The notes under the pieces are model-generated. The model had not been told where the DNA came from and searched no databases. It was given only the letters and a program-made list of their open reading frames with translations. Shown piece after piece: positions 48,548 to 62,000 of a stretch of 64,000 nucleotides of DNA. The stretch is taken from contig JAPDFW010000076.1 of the NCBI GenBank assembly GCA_028826165.1, positions 124,001-188,000 of the forward strand, written 5' to 3'. The position numbers were made by a program, and so were the translations under genes. The stretch is from Anaeramoeba ignava BMAN (taxonomy: Eukaryota; Protista; Anaeramoebae). How positions within the stretch are numbered: the stretch's first letter is position 1; each line of letters starts with the position of its first letter.

Positions 48548-48740
48548 CCTTTTAAATCTCCATTTATTTTATAAAAAACCAATAAAAAGCAAAATATTTT
48601 CTCTTTTCTTTTTCTTTTTTTTTTCTTTCTTTCTTTCTTTCTTTCTTTCTTTTTTTTATTTAAAGATCGTTAAAGCAAAAAATTTTTTTTAAATAAATAA
48701 AAAATAAAAATAATTAGTCAAAATTTCTTAAATTTCCATC

Positions 48741-51340
48741 ATTCCACTTTTTATTTATTTAAATAATAAATTAATTTATAATTTAGAATAATATTTAATT
48801 TCTTATAATAATTTATTTATCAATTCATTTCACTTTTTATTTATTTAAATTATTAACTTATTCCACTTTTTATTTAATTAAAAAATAAATAATTAATTTA
48901 TTCCACTTTTTATTTAATTAAAAATAATTAATTTATTTATTAATTTATTCTACTTTTTATTTATTTAATTAATTTATTTATTTATTTATTAATTCATTCC
49001 ACTTTTTATTTAATTAAAAAATAATTTATTTATTAATTTATTCCACTTTTTATTTAATTAATTTATTTATTAATCAATTCCACTTTTTATTTAATTAAAA
49101 ATAAATAATTTATTTATTAATTTATTCCACTTTTTATTTAATTAAAAATAATCAATTTATTTATTAATTTATTCCACTTTTTATTTAATTAATTTATTTA
49201 TTAATTCATTCCACTTTTTATTTAATTAATTTATTTATTAATTTATTCCACTTTTTATTTAATTAAAAATAAATAATTTATTTATTAATTTATTTCACTT
49301 TTATTTATTTATAAAAAAATAATTAATTTATTTATTAATTTATTTCACTTTTTATTTAATTAAAAATAATTAATTTATTTATTAATTCATTCCACTTTTT
49401 ATTTAATTTATTTAATTAAATAATTTATTTATTCCACTTTTTATTTAATTAAAAATAATTAATTTTATTCCACTTTTTATTTAATTAAAAATAATCAATT
49501 TATTTATTAATTTTATTCCACTTTTTATTTAATTAATTTATTTATTAATTTATTCCACTTTTTATTTAATTAAAAAATAAATAATTAATTTATTAATTCA
49601 TTCCACTTTTTATTTAATTAATTTATTTATTAATTTATTTATTCCACTTTTTATTTAAATAATTTATTTAAATAATTAATTTATTAATTTATTCCACTTT
49701 TTATTTAATTAAAAATAATTAAATTATTTATTAATTTATTTCACTTTTTATTTAATTAAAAAATAATTAATTTATTTATTAATTTATTCCACTTTTTATT
49801 TAATTAAAAATAATTAATTTATTAATCAATTCATTCCACTTTTTATTTAATTAAAAATAATTAAATTATTTATTAATTTCATTCCACTTTTTATTTAATT
49901 AAAAATAATTAATTTATTTATTAATTTATTTCACTTTTTATTTAATTAAAAAATAATTAATTTATTTATTAATTCATTCCACTTTTTATTTAATTTATTT
50001 AATTAAATAATTTATTTATTCCACTTTTTATTTAATTATTTAATTTATTTATTAATTCATTCCACTTTTTATTTAATTAAAAATAATTAATTTATTTATT
50101 AATTTATTCCACTTTTTATTTAATTAAAAATAATTAATTTATTTATTAATTTATTCCACTTTTTATTTAATTAAATTATTTATTAATTCATTTCACTTTT
50201 TATTTAATTAAAAATAATCAATTTATTTATTAATTCATTCCACTTTTTATTTAATTAAATTATTTATTAATTTTATTCCACTTTTTATTTAAATTATTTT
50301 ATTAATTTATTTCACTTTTTATTTAATTAAAAATAATTAATTTATTTATTAATTCATTCCACTTTTTATTTAATTAATTTATTTATTAATTCATTCCACT
50401 TTTTATTTAATTAAAAATAATTAATTTATTCCACTTTTTATTTAATTAAATTATTTATTAATTTATTCCACTTTTTATTTAATTAAAAATAATTAATTTA
50501 TTTATTAATTTATTCCACTTTTTATTTAATTAAAAATAATTAATTTATTTATTAATTTATTCCACTTTTTATTTAATTAAAAATAATTAATTTATTTATT
50601 AATTTATTCCACTTTTTATTTAATTAAAAATAAATAATTTATTTATTAATTCATTCCACTTTTTATTTAATTAAAAATAATTAATTTATTAATCAATTTA
50701 TTCCACTTTTTATTTAATTAAAAAATAATTAATTTATTCCACTTTTTATTTAATTAAAAATAATTTATTTATTAATTTATTTCACTTTTTATTTAATTAA
50801 TTAATTTATTAATTCATTCCACTTTTTATTTAATTAAAAATAAATAATTTATTTATTAATTTATTCCACTTTTTATTTAATTAAAAATAATTAATTTATT
50901 TATTAATTTATTCCACTTTTTATTTAATTAAAAATAATTAATTTATTTATTAATTTATTCCACTTTTTATTTAATTAAAAATAAATAATTTATTTATTAA
51001 TTTATTCCACTTTTTATTTAATTATTTAATTTATTAATTTATTTATTAATTTCATTCCACTTTTTATTTAATTAAATTATTTATTAATTTATTTATTAAT
51101 TTATTCCACTTTTTATTTATTTAATTTATTTATTAATTTATTCCACTTTTTATTTAATTAAATAATTTATTTATTAATTTATTCCACTTTTTATTTAATT
51201 AAATAATTTATTTATTCCACTTTTTATTTAATTAAATTATTTATTAATTCATTCCACTTTTTATTTAATTAAATAATTTATTTATTCCACTTTTTATTTA
51301 ATTAAATTATTTTATTAATTCATTCCACTTTTTATTGATT
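48741..51340. repeat. 2.6-kb intergenic minisatellite with core TT(C/T)CACTTTTTATTTAATT, roughly 60 units of ~30-55 bp
   Basis: Near-invariant core separated by A/T linkers of variable length; no G on the + strand from ~48790 to ~51335. Confidence 0.95.
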
Positions 51341-51491
51341 TAATTTTTATTTAAAAAATTATAAAAAAAAAAAGAAATAAGAAATAAAGAAAATTTCAAT
51401 AAATTATATCACTTTCAAAAAAAAAAAAGAAAAGAAAGAAATTTGTTTTTTTTTTGTTGTTTTTTTGTATTCCAAAAAAGAATTTTAATTT

Positions 51492-54400
51492 CTAATTTGT
51501 TGAATTTGTTGAATTTGTTAAATCATTCTTCAATTTCAAAAAAACTTGAACTAACTTTTCATTCGTTTCAATTAGAAATTTCAATTTTTGTAAGGATTCA
51601 TTAATTTCTTGTTGAGAAAATTCAATTTCAACATGAGCAAATTCTTTTACGAAAGATCTCTCAGAAATATTCAAAAGAAACTTATTTGTTTGTTCCATCA
51701 ATTCTCTAATTAAAGGATTTAAAACAGACATATAGGATTGTTCGCCATATAAAGTATTATTTGAAATTGCTTGAACAACTTTTGATAATTGAATTAAATT
51801 TCTTTGATAATTTGAATCCATATTTGCTAATAAAATCCAAAATTGAAAAATTTTTCAATTAAAATTTTGTTTGTGTTTTTTTTTTGAATTTTTTTTTATA
51901 AATAAAAACCTTCTGTTATTCCAAGTTCTTTTGGATTTGTTAATGATGGACAAAGTAATCTTAAGAAAATAAATCCACCAACTGTTCTTGTTCCCATTTC
52001 AGGGAATTTTTGCGAAACTCTTGCTCGAAGAAAATGGCAAATTTCTTGTAAAGATCTTTAAAATACAAAAAAAAAAATTGTTTCAATTAAAAAAAGAATT
52101 ATTGAATTTAAAAAAATTTTTTTTTCTACTTTGGGCATAAATCAGGTTTAGTAATAATATATTCAAGTAAATATCTAACTTGAGATTTCAAATTTTCTTG
52201 ATTCGTTTCAATTTCAGAAACTTCTTCAATTTTATTTGGATCAATTTCAAGTGATTTTTGTTCTTGAATTAATTGTGAAAGTGGAAATGCAAGGATCATT
52301 GCAATATAATTTTTTCCATACATTTTTCCAAAAGAAGTAAGAAGTTTAGTTGCCAAAGTATTTCGACGAAATAAATTTGCAGAGAAATCTTAATAGAAAT
52401 TAAATGAAAAAAAGAGATTATTTTTTTTTGTTCTAAAAAAACCAAAAAAAAATAACATCAAAAAAATGTGGAAATTATAAGAAAATTTACCAGTTTCTGA
52501 TATTTCATTTAAAATTGAAAATTTAAGAAGTTCTAATAATAAATGTTGTGAACGAAATACTTTGATTAAATTTTCTGCAATATCTTCAGTATTGTTCATG
52601 TTATTCATTTCATTAGAAATTGTATCAATCATTTGCAAGTCTTCATGAGAAATAATCTTTTATAAATAATTTTATTATTAATTTTATAAATAATTTTATA
52701 AATAATTTTATAAATAATTTTATAATTAATTTTATAATTAATTTTATAAATAATTTTATAATTAATTTTATAAATAATTTTATAATTAATTTTATAAATA
52801 ATTTTATAATTAATTTTATAATTAATTTTATAAATAATTTTATAAATAATTTTATTAATAATTTTATTAATAATTTTATAATTAATTTTATAAATAATTT
52901 TATAAATAATTTTTATATTTAATTTTATAATTAATTTTATAAATAATTTTATAAATAATTTTATATATAATTTTATAATTAATTTTTGTATATAATTTTA
53001 TAATTAATTTAATATTTAATTTTATAAATAATTTTATAAATAATTTTTATAAATAATTTTATAAATAATTTTTGTAAATAATTTTATAAATAATTTTATA
53101 TTTAATTTTATAATTAATTTTATAATTAATTTTATATTTAATTTTATAAATAATTTTATAAATAATTTTATAAATAATTTTTTTAATAATTTTAATAAAT
53201 AATTTTTATATTTAATTTTATAAATAATTTTATAATTAATTTTATATTTAATTTTATAAATAATTTTATAAATAATTTTATAAATAATTTTATAAATAAT
53301 TTTATAAATAATTTTATATTTAATTTTATAAATAATTTTATAATTAATTTTATTAATAATTTTATAAATAATTTTATAAATAATTTCATAAATAATTTTA
53401 TAAATAATTTTATAAATAATTTTATATATAATTTTATAAATAATTTTGTAAATAATTTTATATATAATTTTATAAATAATTTTATAAATAATTTTATAAA
53501 TAATTTTATATATAATTTTATAATTAATTTTATATTTAATTTTATAAATAATTTTATTAATAATTTTATATTAAGTAAGTACTTTTAATAATAAATCATT
53601 ATCAACATCCAATTTGAATTGAAATTCTTGTTCTTGTTTCTTTGTTTTATTATCCTTTTTCCTCTTTTCTTTTTTACGTTTTGCTTTTTCTTCTTTTTCT
53701 TTTGCTCTTTCTTCTTTTTCTTTTGCTCTTTCTTCTTTTTCTTTTTCTCTTTCTTTCTCTTTCTCTTTTCTTCTTTGTTCCTTTTCCACTTTTTTTTCAA
53801 GTTTTCTTCTCTTTTTTTCTTCTTTTTCTTTTTCTTTGTCTTTTTCTTTTTCTTTTTGTTTATCAATTTCTTCCTGAATATATTTCATTGGATCAACTAA
53901 ACCAGAATCGAAATCAAACGATTGATTTTTACGTCGAGCTCTTTGCATTCGAAGTTTATTTGCATCCTGATTTGAAAACAATGCTTCAAGTTGTTGTCTT
54001 TTGGATTGAATTGTTCTCATTGAAGGTGAATCTTCAAATGATTGTTTATATTCATTTTCATTTTCATTTTCATTTTCATTTGCATTTTCATTCTCATTTT
54101 TAGAATTGCCAAATTGTTGTGTTTCTGATTTTTTTAATGGTTTTGGTTTCATGGTTTTTTTCCCTTTCTTCTCGTTTGTGTTGCTTTTGTTATTTTTACT
54201 GTGATTATTAGTATTTGGTTCTAGTGGTTTTAATTCTAAATTTTTTTGTGATTCTGATTTTAATGTGTTTTGTAATGATTTTATGTTGAGAACTGTTTTT
54301 TGATCATTTCGAAGTGATTGACTCCGTTTTTGTTTAAGATCATCTCTTGTTTTTCTTTGTCTAAACATTAAAATATGAAACAATTTTAATTTTAATTTTA

Positions 54401-55753
54401 TAAATAAATTTAATTTTATAAATAAATTTAAATTTAAATTTTAATTTTAATTTTAATTTTAATTTGAATTTTAATTTGAATTTTAATTTTAATTTTATAA
54501 ATGAATTTTAATTTTAATTTTAATTTGAATTTTAATTTGAATTTTAATTTTAATTTTAATTTTAATTTTATAAATGAATTTTAATTTTAATTTTAATTTT
54601 AATTTTAATTTTATAAATGAATTTTAATTTTAATTTTAATTTTAATTTTAATTTTAATTTTAATTTTAATTTTAATTTTAATTTGAATTTTAATTTTAAT
54701 TTGAATTTGAATTTGAATTTAAATTTTTACAAGGTTGGTTCATCATTTTCGTCTAAATTAAAAACTGGACCTTTTTTTGTGACTCTATTGATATTTTTTT
54801 TTAAAAAAAAAAAACAGAAATAAATCCAAAGAATATCAAAATTTTTTTGTAAATTATTTTTTAATTCTTACCCATTTTTATTAGGACTTTTATTAGTATT
54901 TCTAATAGAACTTTTATTAGTATTTCTAATAGGACTTTTATTAGTATTTCGATTTGGAATTCTATTTGAATAATTTGGATTTCGATTTGGAGTTTTATTT
55001 GAATTATTTGGAACTCTACTTGGAGTTCTATTTGGACTTTTATTTGGAATTTTAATTGGAGTTATATTTGGACTGAAATAAATGAGGAAAAAAAAATAAA
55101 AGAAAATAAAAATTAATTAAAATAAATGAGGAAAAAAAAATAAATTAAAATTTATAAGAAAATCGTTAAAGTATGCTAATGTCATCACTACCACTGATCA
55201 AATTATCTTTGACTTTGATAATAATTTTAATAATAAATTGGATAAATTGAATAATAAATTTGATAGTGACTTTGATAATGACTTTAATAATAATTTTAAT
55301 AGTAATTTTATAAATAATTTTATAAATAATTTTATAAATAATTTTATAAATAATTTTAATAATAATTTTATAAATAATTTTAATAATAATTTAATAAATA
55401 ATTTTATAAATAATTTTATAAATAATTTTATAAATAATTTTATAAATAATTTTATAAATAATTTTAATAATAATTTTATAAATAATTTTATAAATATTTT
55501 TATTTATATTTATTTTTAATTTTGTGACAAATTTTTTTTTTGATAAAATTTACTTTGCTTCCATTTTCTTTGGAGGTGCTCGATTTGCTCTTGTAAATGG
55601 TAGTTTTTGTGCAGAAAGAACTTGTTCCATTTGTTTTACTTTATCAGAACGTTGTATTCTAATTGGTGGTTTTGAAAGTTGAGGTTTGTTTTCTGTTGCT
55701 TGAGTTTGAAAAAGTTGTGCTCTTTCTCTAACGCTTAAATGACGATCAGCCAT
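51492..55753 (-). CDS. Ras GTPase-activating protein (RasGAP domain) with a disordered N-terminus, 8 exons
   Basis: Exons 55753-55554, 55072-54872, 54784-54731, 54360-53583, 52656-52491, 52388-52130, 52055-~51910 and 51826-51492 join in frame. Motifs LFRRNTLATK, SLEIDP, VGGFIFLRLLCP, LIQLSKVVQAISN, EQSYMSVLN. Confidence 0.92.
52660..53570. repeat. Intronic (ataaataatttt)n 12-mer satellite
   Basis: Fills RasGAP intron 52657-53582; the same unit recurs at 55290-55495. Confidence 0.92.
54385..54725. repeat. Intronic (aatttt/aatttg)n microsatellite
   Basis: Fills RasGAP intron 54361-54730. Confidence 0.9.
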
Positions 55754-56091
55754 TATTTTTTATTTTTTATTAATATTTAATTTATTTGTTTTTTAATTTT
55801 TTATTTCAAAATCAAATTAAAAAAGGAAAAAGGAAAAAAAAAATGAAAAAAAAAATGTAAAAAAAATAAAAAAAATTGATCAATTAAAAAAATATTTTCT
55901 CAACTTTTCCATTCTTTTATTTATCTTTTAAATTATTTAAATTCTATAATTAAAATTTAATTTGATTGTTTTATCTAAAATCAAAAAATAAAAAAGAAAA
56001 AAAATAAAATTTTTGCTTTTTTTTGATTTTTCATTTTTTTTCTTTCATTTCTTTCATTTCATTTCATTTCTTTTCTTTTCTTTTATTTTAA

Positions 56092-59000
56092 ATGCAAAAG
56101 TATCAATTTAAATTAAAAAAATTTTTTTTTTTCAACTTTATTAATCCTTTTTCTCTAAATAAAGTCCACGCAAAATACCACCAAGTCCACCTAAAACAAA
56201 ACCACCTCCATTATCACGACAACTTTCATTACAAACAACTCCAACAAAATTTATGAAAGATAAATTAGAAAAAGCAACAATTCAACAAACATTTACTAAT
56301 AAAAGTTTTGATGATTTTAATTCAGTTGATTTTTCAACTGTTTATAAAGAAAGTTTTCTTTATAAACAAGGAAAAAAAGTAAAAACTTGGAGAAAACGAT
56401 TTTTTCGTTTATTTCCTGAAACTTTAGAGTATTATTCTGATCAAAAAGTAATAAAAAACAAAATATAAAACAAAAAAACAAAAAAACAAAAAATAAAAAA
56501 AACAACGAATTTTTTTTTCTTTTTTGAAAAATTTTTTTTTTTTTGGAATTGTTATTTAATCATTTATTTAATCATTTATTTAATTATTTATTTAATTAAT
56601 TATTTATTTAATTATTTAATTAATTATTTAATCATTTAATTATTATTTAATTATTTAATCATTTAATTAATTATTATTTAATTATTTAATTATTTAATTA
56701 TTTATTTATTTAATTAATTAATCATTTAATTAATTATTTAATTAATTATTTAATTAATTATTTAATTATTTATTATTTATTTACTTAATTAATTACTTAA
56801 TTATTTAATTAATTATTTAATTATTTAATTAATTATTTATTTAATTAATTAATCATTTAATTAATTATTTAATTATTTAATCATTTAATTAATTATTATT
56901 TAATTAATTAATCATTTATTTATTTAATTATTTAATCATTTATTTAATTATTTAATTACTTAATTATTTAATCATTTAATTAATTATTTAATCATTTAAT
57001 TAATTATTTAATCATTTATTTAATTATTTAATTATTTAATTAATTATTTAATTAATTAATCATTTATTTATTTAATTATTTAATTATTTAATTATTTAAT
57101 CATTTAATTATTTATTTATCAATTAATTATTTAATCATTTATTTATTTATTTACTTATTTATTATTTATTTAATCATTTATTTATTTACTTAATTAATTA
57201 CCAGGCTCATAAACCACTTGGCACAATTTGGCTTGTTGATTGTGTTGCAGGTAGAACTGAAGCAAGAAAAAAACCTACATTTTTAATTAAATCTCCTAAA
57301 AGAATGTGGCAAATTCAAGCAAGTTCTATTAAAGAAAGAGATGATTGGGTTGATACTTTAACAGATCAAATTATTTTTGCAAAAAATCAAGTAAATTCAA
57401 TTCAAATTTTAAAACAAATTCAATTCAAAACAAATTTAAAACAAATTTAAAACAAAATTTAAAACAAATTCAATTCAAAATTTAAAACAAATTTAAAGCA
57501 AATTCAATTCAAAATTTCAAAACAAATTTAAGGGAGTAGTGCAAGTGGAATAAAATTTTAAATTTGATTTTTTAACATTAAAATAATATAAAAAAGAATT
57601 CTATTTTTGAAGTATTTTAATTTTTATGTATTTACTTAATGGAGGCAAACAGGGAATAAAACTAACATATTGATCTCAAAAAAATCAAGAGAGAATTTTT
57701 GGGATTTTTATTAGAATTAATTTGATTCTTTTCATTATTTTGTTTTTAATTTGTTGATTGATCTTTTTTATAATAATATTTTTTATTTTGTTTTTCTTTT
57801 TTCTTATATTTTTTTGTTCTTGTTTTTTTCTTTTGATTTTCCTTTTGTAAATAAAAATTATTTATGTTAGTTTTTTCTTCTTCTGTATAAACAATACCTA
57901 ACCTACTCGCAAGATCAAAAATACCAGAAGTTTTCTTATTCCATCTCAAAGCACTTACAGATAATCGAGCTGTATAGTATTTCCAAAAATTTTGATTTTT
58001 TGGAACCATTTTAGTTAAAGAATGATTCCAACATTCAACGATATTTGATGAATATGGATGGACTATTTTAATGGCATCTTCTAATTGTTCTATTATAAAA
58101 TATTCTAACTCTTTTTTGGCTTCCAATAATAATTTGTCTCTTTCTTTTTTATCTTTTACTTTTGTGCAAATTTGTTCATTTTTTTTTGATAAAAATTCAT
58201 TTCCACATTCATTTAAGTCAGCTTTACAAAAATCAGCAAGACAATTTTTATGATGTCCGCTCCAATGACTAATGGAATTCAAAACCATCTCACAAAAAAT
58301 ATCATAATTATATTTACAATTTCTTCTACAAAAATCGAACCATTGTCTTAATTTTATAGGGAAGCTTATTATCATTTTGGAATATCTTAAAACCTTTCTC
58401 AAATATTGTGAAGTTTTAATATAATTTACAAGTTTTGTATGAAAGTTCTTAAGCCAATGATTTGGGTCAAATAATTCCTCCAGCTTATGTTGGTTTTTAT
58501 CACAAATAATTTTCATATTTCCAAAGGAACTTGAATCCCGATCGTGAACAACAATATCGGGCATCACACCAAATTGCATAAAAATTTCCATACTTTTCTC
58601 AGCAGACTTTCCTTCCATTGCAGAACTTCCTTTTTTAAAATCTGTTTGATCTTCAAAAAAGCAGGGCTTCTTTCTTTCTTGTTTTGTGTGATTTTGTTTT
58701 TTTTGTGTCATAAAAAAGAAAATTTTTCCAATTAATTCAGTTGGTCCTTGAAGACATATAAAAGAAACAGTCCCTTCTTTGGCATTCCTCCTTGAAGACC
58801 ATCTTCCATCATATGCAAGGATGAATTTTCTATTAGAATCCTCTTTTTTCCATTGTTTAATTTTTTTACAATTTTCTTTAAAATCATCAAGCAAATATTG
58901 TTCCACTTCTTCATCTATCCTTTTCAAAACTCCATAATATTGATGTGAATTTACTTCTTTTTTTTGCATCCATGTTTCTAATTCCTCAATTTGAGAAAAT

Positions 59001-62000
59001 CTTATCCCTGATACAATTTGACTAAATATTGTCTTTTCTCTTTCTTGTTTTTTTTCCTCTTGCTGTTTTTCTTTCACAACTTTTATTTCTTGATTTAATT
59101 GTTTAATTTCTTCTTCAAGTTCTTCAATTTTTTTATGTTTTCTTTTCATTCGAGATTTATGAACTTTGGATTTTTTTTGAATTTTTTTTTTTGATCTTTT
59201 GTTTGATTTAGTTAAATTAAAATTTTGTTTCTGTTTCAGACGATATTGTTGTTGATAATTCATAAAAAATGTAAATAAAAAAATGAATTTTGATTGAGAA
59301 AAAAATTTTTTTGGATTGGATTGAACTAAATTTTTTTTTATCATGAAAACGTCGTGCCTCCATCCGATCTCTTCATAAAAATAAAACAAAATATCAAAAA
59401 GAAAAAATTTATTTTTAATTGCTATCAAAAAAAATGGGCTCGCTAAAGCAAAAAAAGACTTCTTATTATTCATTCTTCAAGATTTTTGTTATTAATTCAT
59501 TTTCTTTTTGTTTTTGATCTCATAGAAAAAAAATCAGAAAAAAAATCTAATAATGAAGTTATTGAATAATTTGTTATTATTTTTATTTTTATAATAATTT
59601 ATATTGAAGAAAAAGTTAATCAAAAAAAAATCAAAAAAAATGAAAAAATTGGACTTCACAATGCACTACTCCCTTAAAACAAATTCAATTCAAAATTTAA
59701 AACAAAATTTAAAACAAATTTAAAACAAATTTAAAACAAATTTAAAACAAATTTTAAAACAAAATTTAAAACAAATTCAATTCAAAATTCAAAACAAATT
59801 CAAAATTTAAAACAATTTAAAACAAATTCAACTCAAAATTCAATTCAAAATTTAAAACAAATTTAAAACAAATTTAAAACAAATTTAAAACAAATTTAAA
59901 ACAAATTTAAAACAAATTTAAAAACAAATTTAAAACAAATTCAATTCAAATTTCAATTCAAATTTCAATTCAATTTCAAAACAAATTCAAAAACAAATTT
60001 AAAAACAAATTCAATTCAAAATTTAAAACAAAATTTAAAACAAATTTAATTCAAATTTAATTCAAAATTTAAAACAAATTCAATTCAAAATTTAAAACAA
60101 ATTTAAAACAAATTTAAAACAAATTTAAAACAAATTCAAAAACAAATTCAATTCAAAATACAATTCAAAATTTAAAACAAATTTTAAAACAAATTTAAAA
60201 CAAATTTAAAACAAATTCAATTCAAAATTTAAAACAAATTTAACTCAAAATTCAAAACAAATTTAAAACAAAATTTAAAACAAAATTTAAAACAAAATTT
60301 AAAACAAATTCAATTCAAAATTTAAAACAAATTTTAAAACAAATTTAAAACAAATTTAAAACAAATTTTAAAACAAATTTTAAAACAAATTTAAAACAAA
60401 TTTAAAACAAATTTAAAACAAAATTTAAAACAAATTTAAAAACAAATTTAAAACAAATTCAATTCAAAATTTAAAACAAATTTTAAAACAAATTTAAAAC
60501 AAATTCAATTCAAAATTTAAAACAAATTTTAAAACAAATTTAAAACAAATTTAAAATAAATTTAAAACAAAATTTAAAACAAATTTAAAACAAATTTAAA
60601 ACAAATTCAATTCAAAATTTAAAACAAATTTAATTCAAAATTTAAAACAAAATTTAAAACAAAATTTAAAACAAAATTTAAAACAAATTTAAAACAAAAT
60701 TTAAAACAAATTTAAAACAAAATTTAAAACAAATTTAATTCAAAATTTAAAACAAATTCAAAATTCTTTAGCAAGAAAGAAGGCAAGAAAAGAAAAGACA
60801 ACTCCAATTTTTTTTACATGAACAAAAAAAACAAGAAGAAGCAAAGAAAATTGATTTAGAAAGATATAAAACAGTTCTTAAAAATTATTCAAGTTTATGT
60901 ATGCTAATAATTTTAAATATTTTCTAAAATCAAAAAAAGAAAAAATTGGAAATATTTAATACAAAATTCCTAATCAAAATAATTTTTTTAGATCACTTAT
61001 CTGGTGATTCTAAAAAATATCTTTCTTTATCTGATTATCTCCATAAAGAAAATGAAGAATTTCCTTATTTTTTAAAAGAAGCAATTATTTTCTTAGCAAA
61101 TTATGGTAAAAAATTTTTAAAGACAAAAAGAAATTAGATTTGAAAAAATGAAAATTAATTGAAATTTAAATTTAAATTCAAATTAAAAAAAAAGGTATGA
61201 ATTCAGATGGTTTATTTAGAGTTCCTGGATCTCAGCCTGTTATTGATAGTTATTTAAAAAAAATTCAAGAAGGTATAAAAATTGTTATTTATTATTTATT
61301 ATTTATTATTTATTATTTATTATTTATTACTTTATTATTTATTACTTTAAATTAGGTGAATTTAAATCAATAGCTCCTGATGAAAATCCACATTCTATTA
61401 CTGGAGCAATAAAATTATGGATTCGTTCTTTAGATAGTCCATTAATTCCAATAACTTTCCCTCAAATACTTGAATTTCATAGTAAAAAATAAATAAAAAA
61501 TAATCAATCAAAAATATATATATTTATATTTATTTATTAAATCAAATCATTCCATTTTATAGAAATAATCAATCAACAACAAAAAATTGAATATGTCCAA
61601 GAAATGCTCCAAAAACTCCCACAAATTAATTTAAGGGTTCTTTCTCATTTAATTCCTTTTCTTTATGAAGTTATCATGTCAGAAAAAAATAACGTTAATT
61701 TCTCAACAATTACTATCATTTTTGCACCAACATTACTGGGATTTTTTGAAGATTTATCACTTGATCAAGATATTTCTTCATCAAAACATATGTTTATTGA
61801 ATTATTAATTAAAAATCATGAGCAAATGTTTTCAAAAATTTTTGGAAATAATCAAAATAATCAAAATAATCAAAATAATCAAAATAATCAAAATAAAGAA
61901 GATATTCAAAATATTCAAAATAAAGAAGATAATCAAGATGATCAAAAAATTCAAAATATTCAAAATAAAGAAAATATTAAAAATATTGAAAATATTAAAA

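Larger units (their letters stand above)
57395..60762. repeat. Intronic (tttaaaacaaa / ttcaattcaaaa)n satellite interrupted by the transposon
   Basis: Same units at 57395-57531 and 59674-60762, inside intron 57391-60771. Confidence 0.92.

Noticed and set aside
48741-51340. CRISPR-like array (constant repeat with variable spacers)
   Set aside because: The spacers are low-complexity variants of one another, there are no cas genes, and the context is eukaryotic.
53192-55519. ORFs 53192-53389, 54617-54823 and 55238-55519
   Set aside because: They are translations of intronic microsatellites.
59264-59661. Second transposon gene (KolX-like) or N-terminal extension of the transposase
   Set aside because: No independent ORF was found. 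The 70-codon extension is F/K-rich, UTR-like sequence, so ATG 59263 is preferred.
57532-59673. piggyBac assignment based on the TTAA duplication
   Set aside because: Termini are GG..CC rather than CC..GG, and the enzyme has DDE/DxxH Kolobok-like motifs, not piggyBac DDD.
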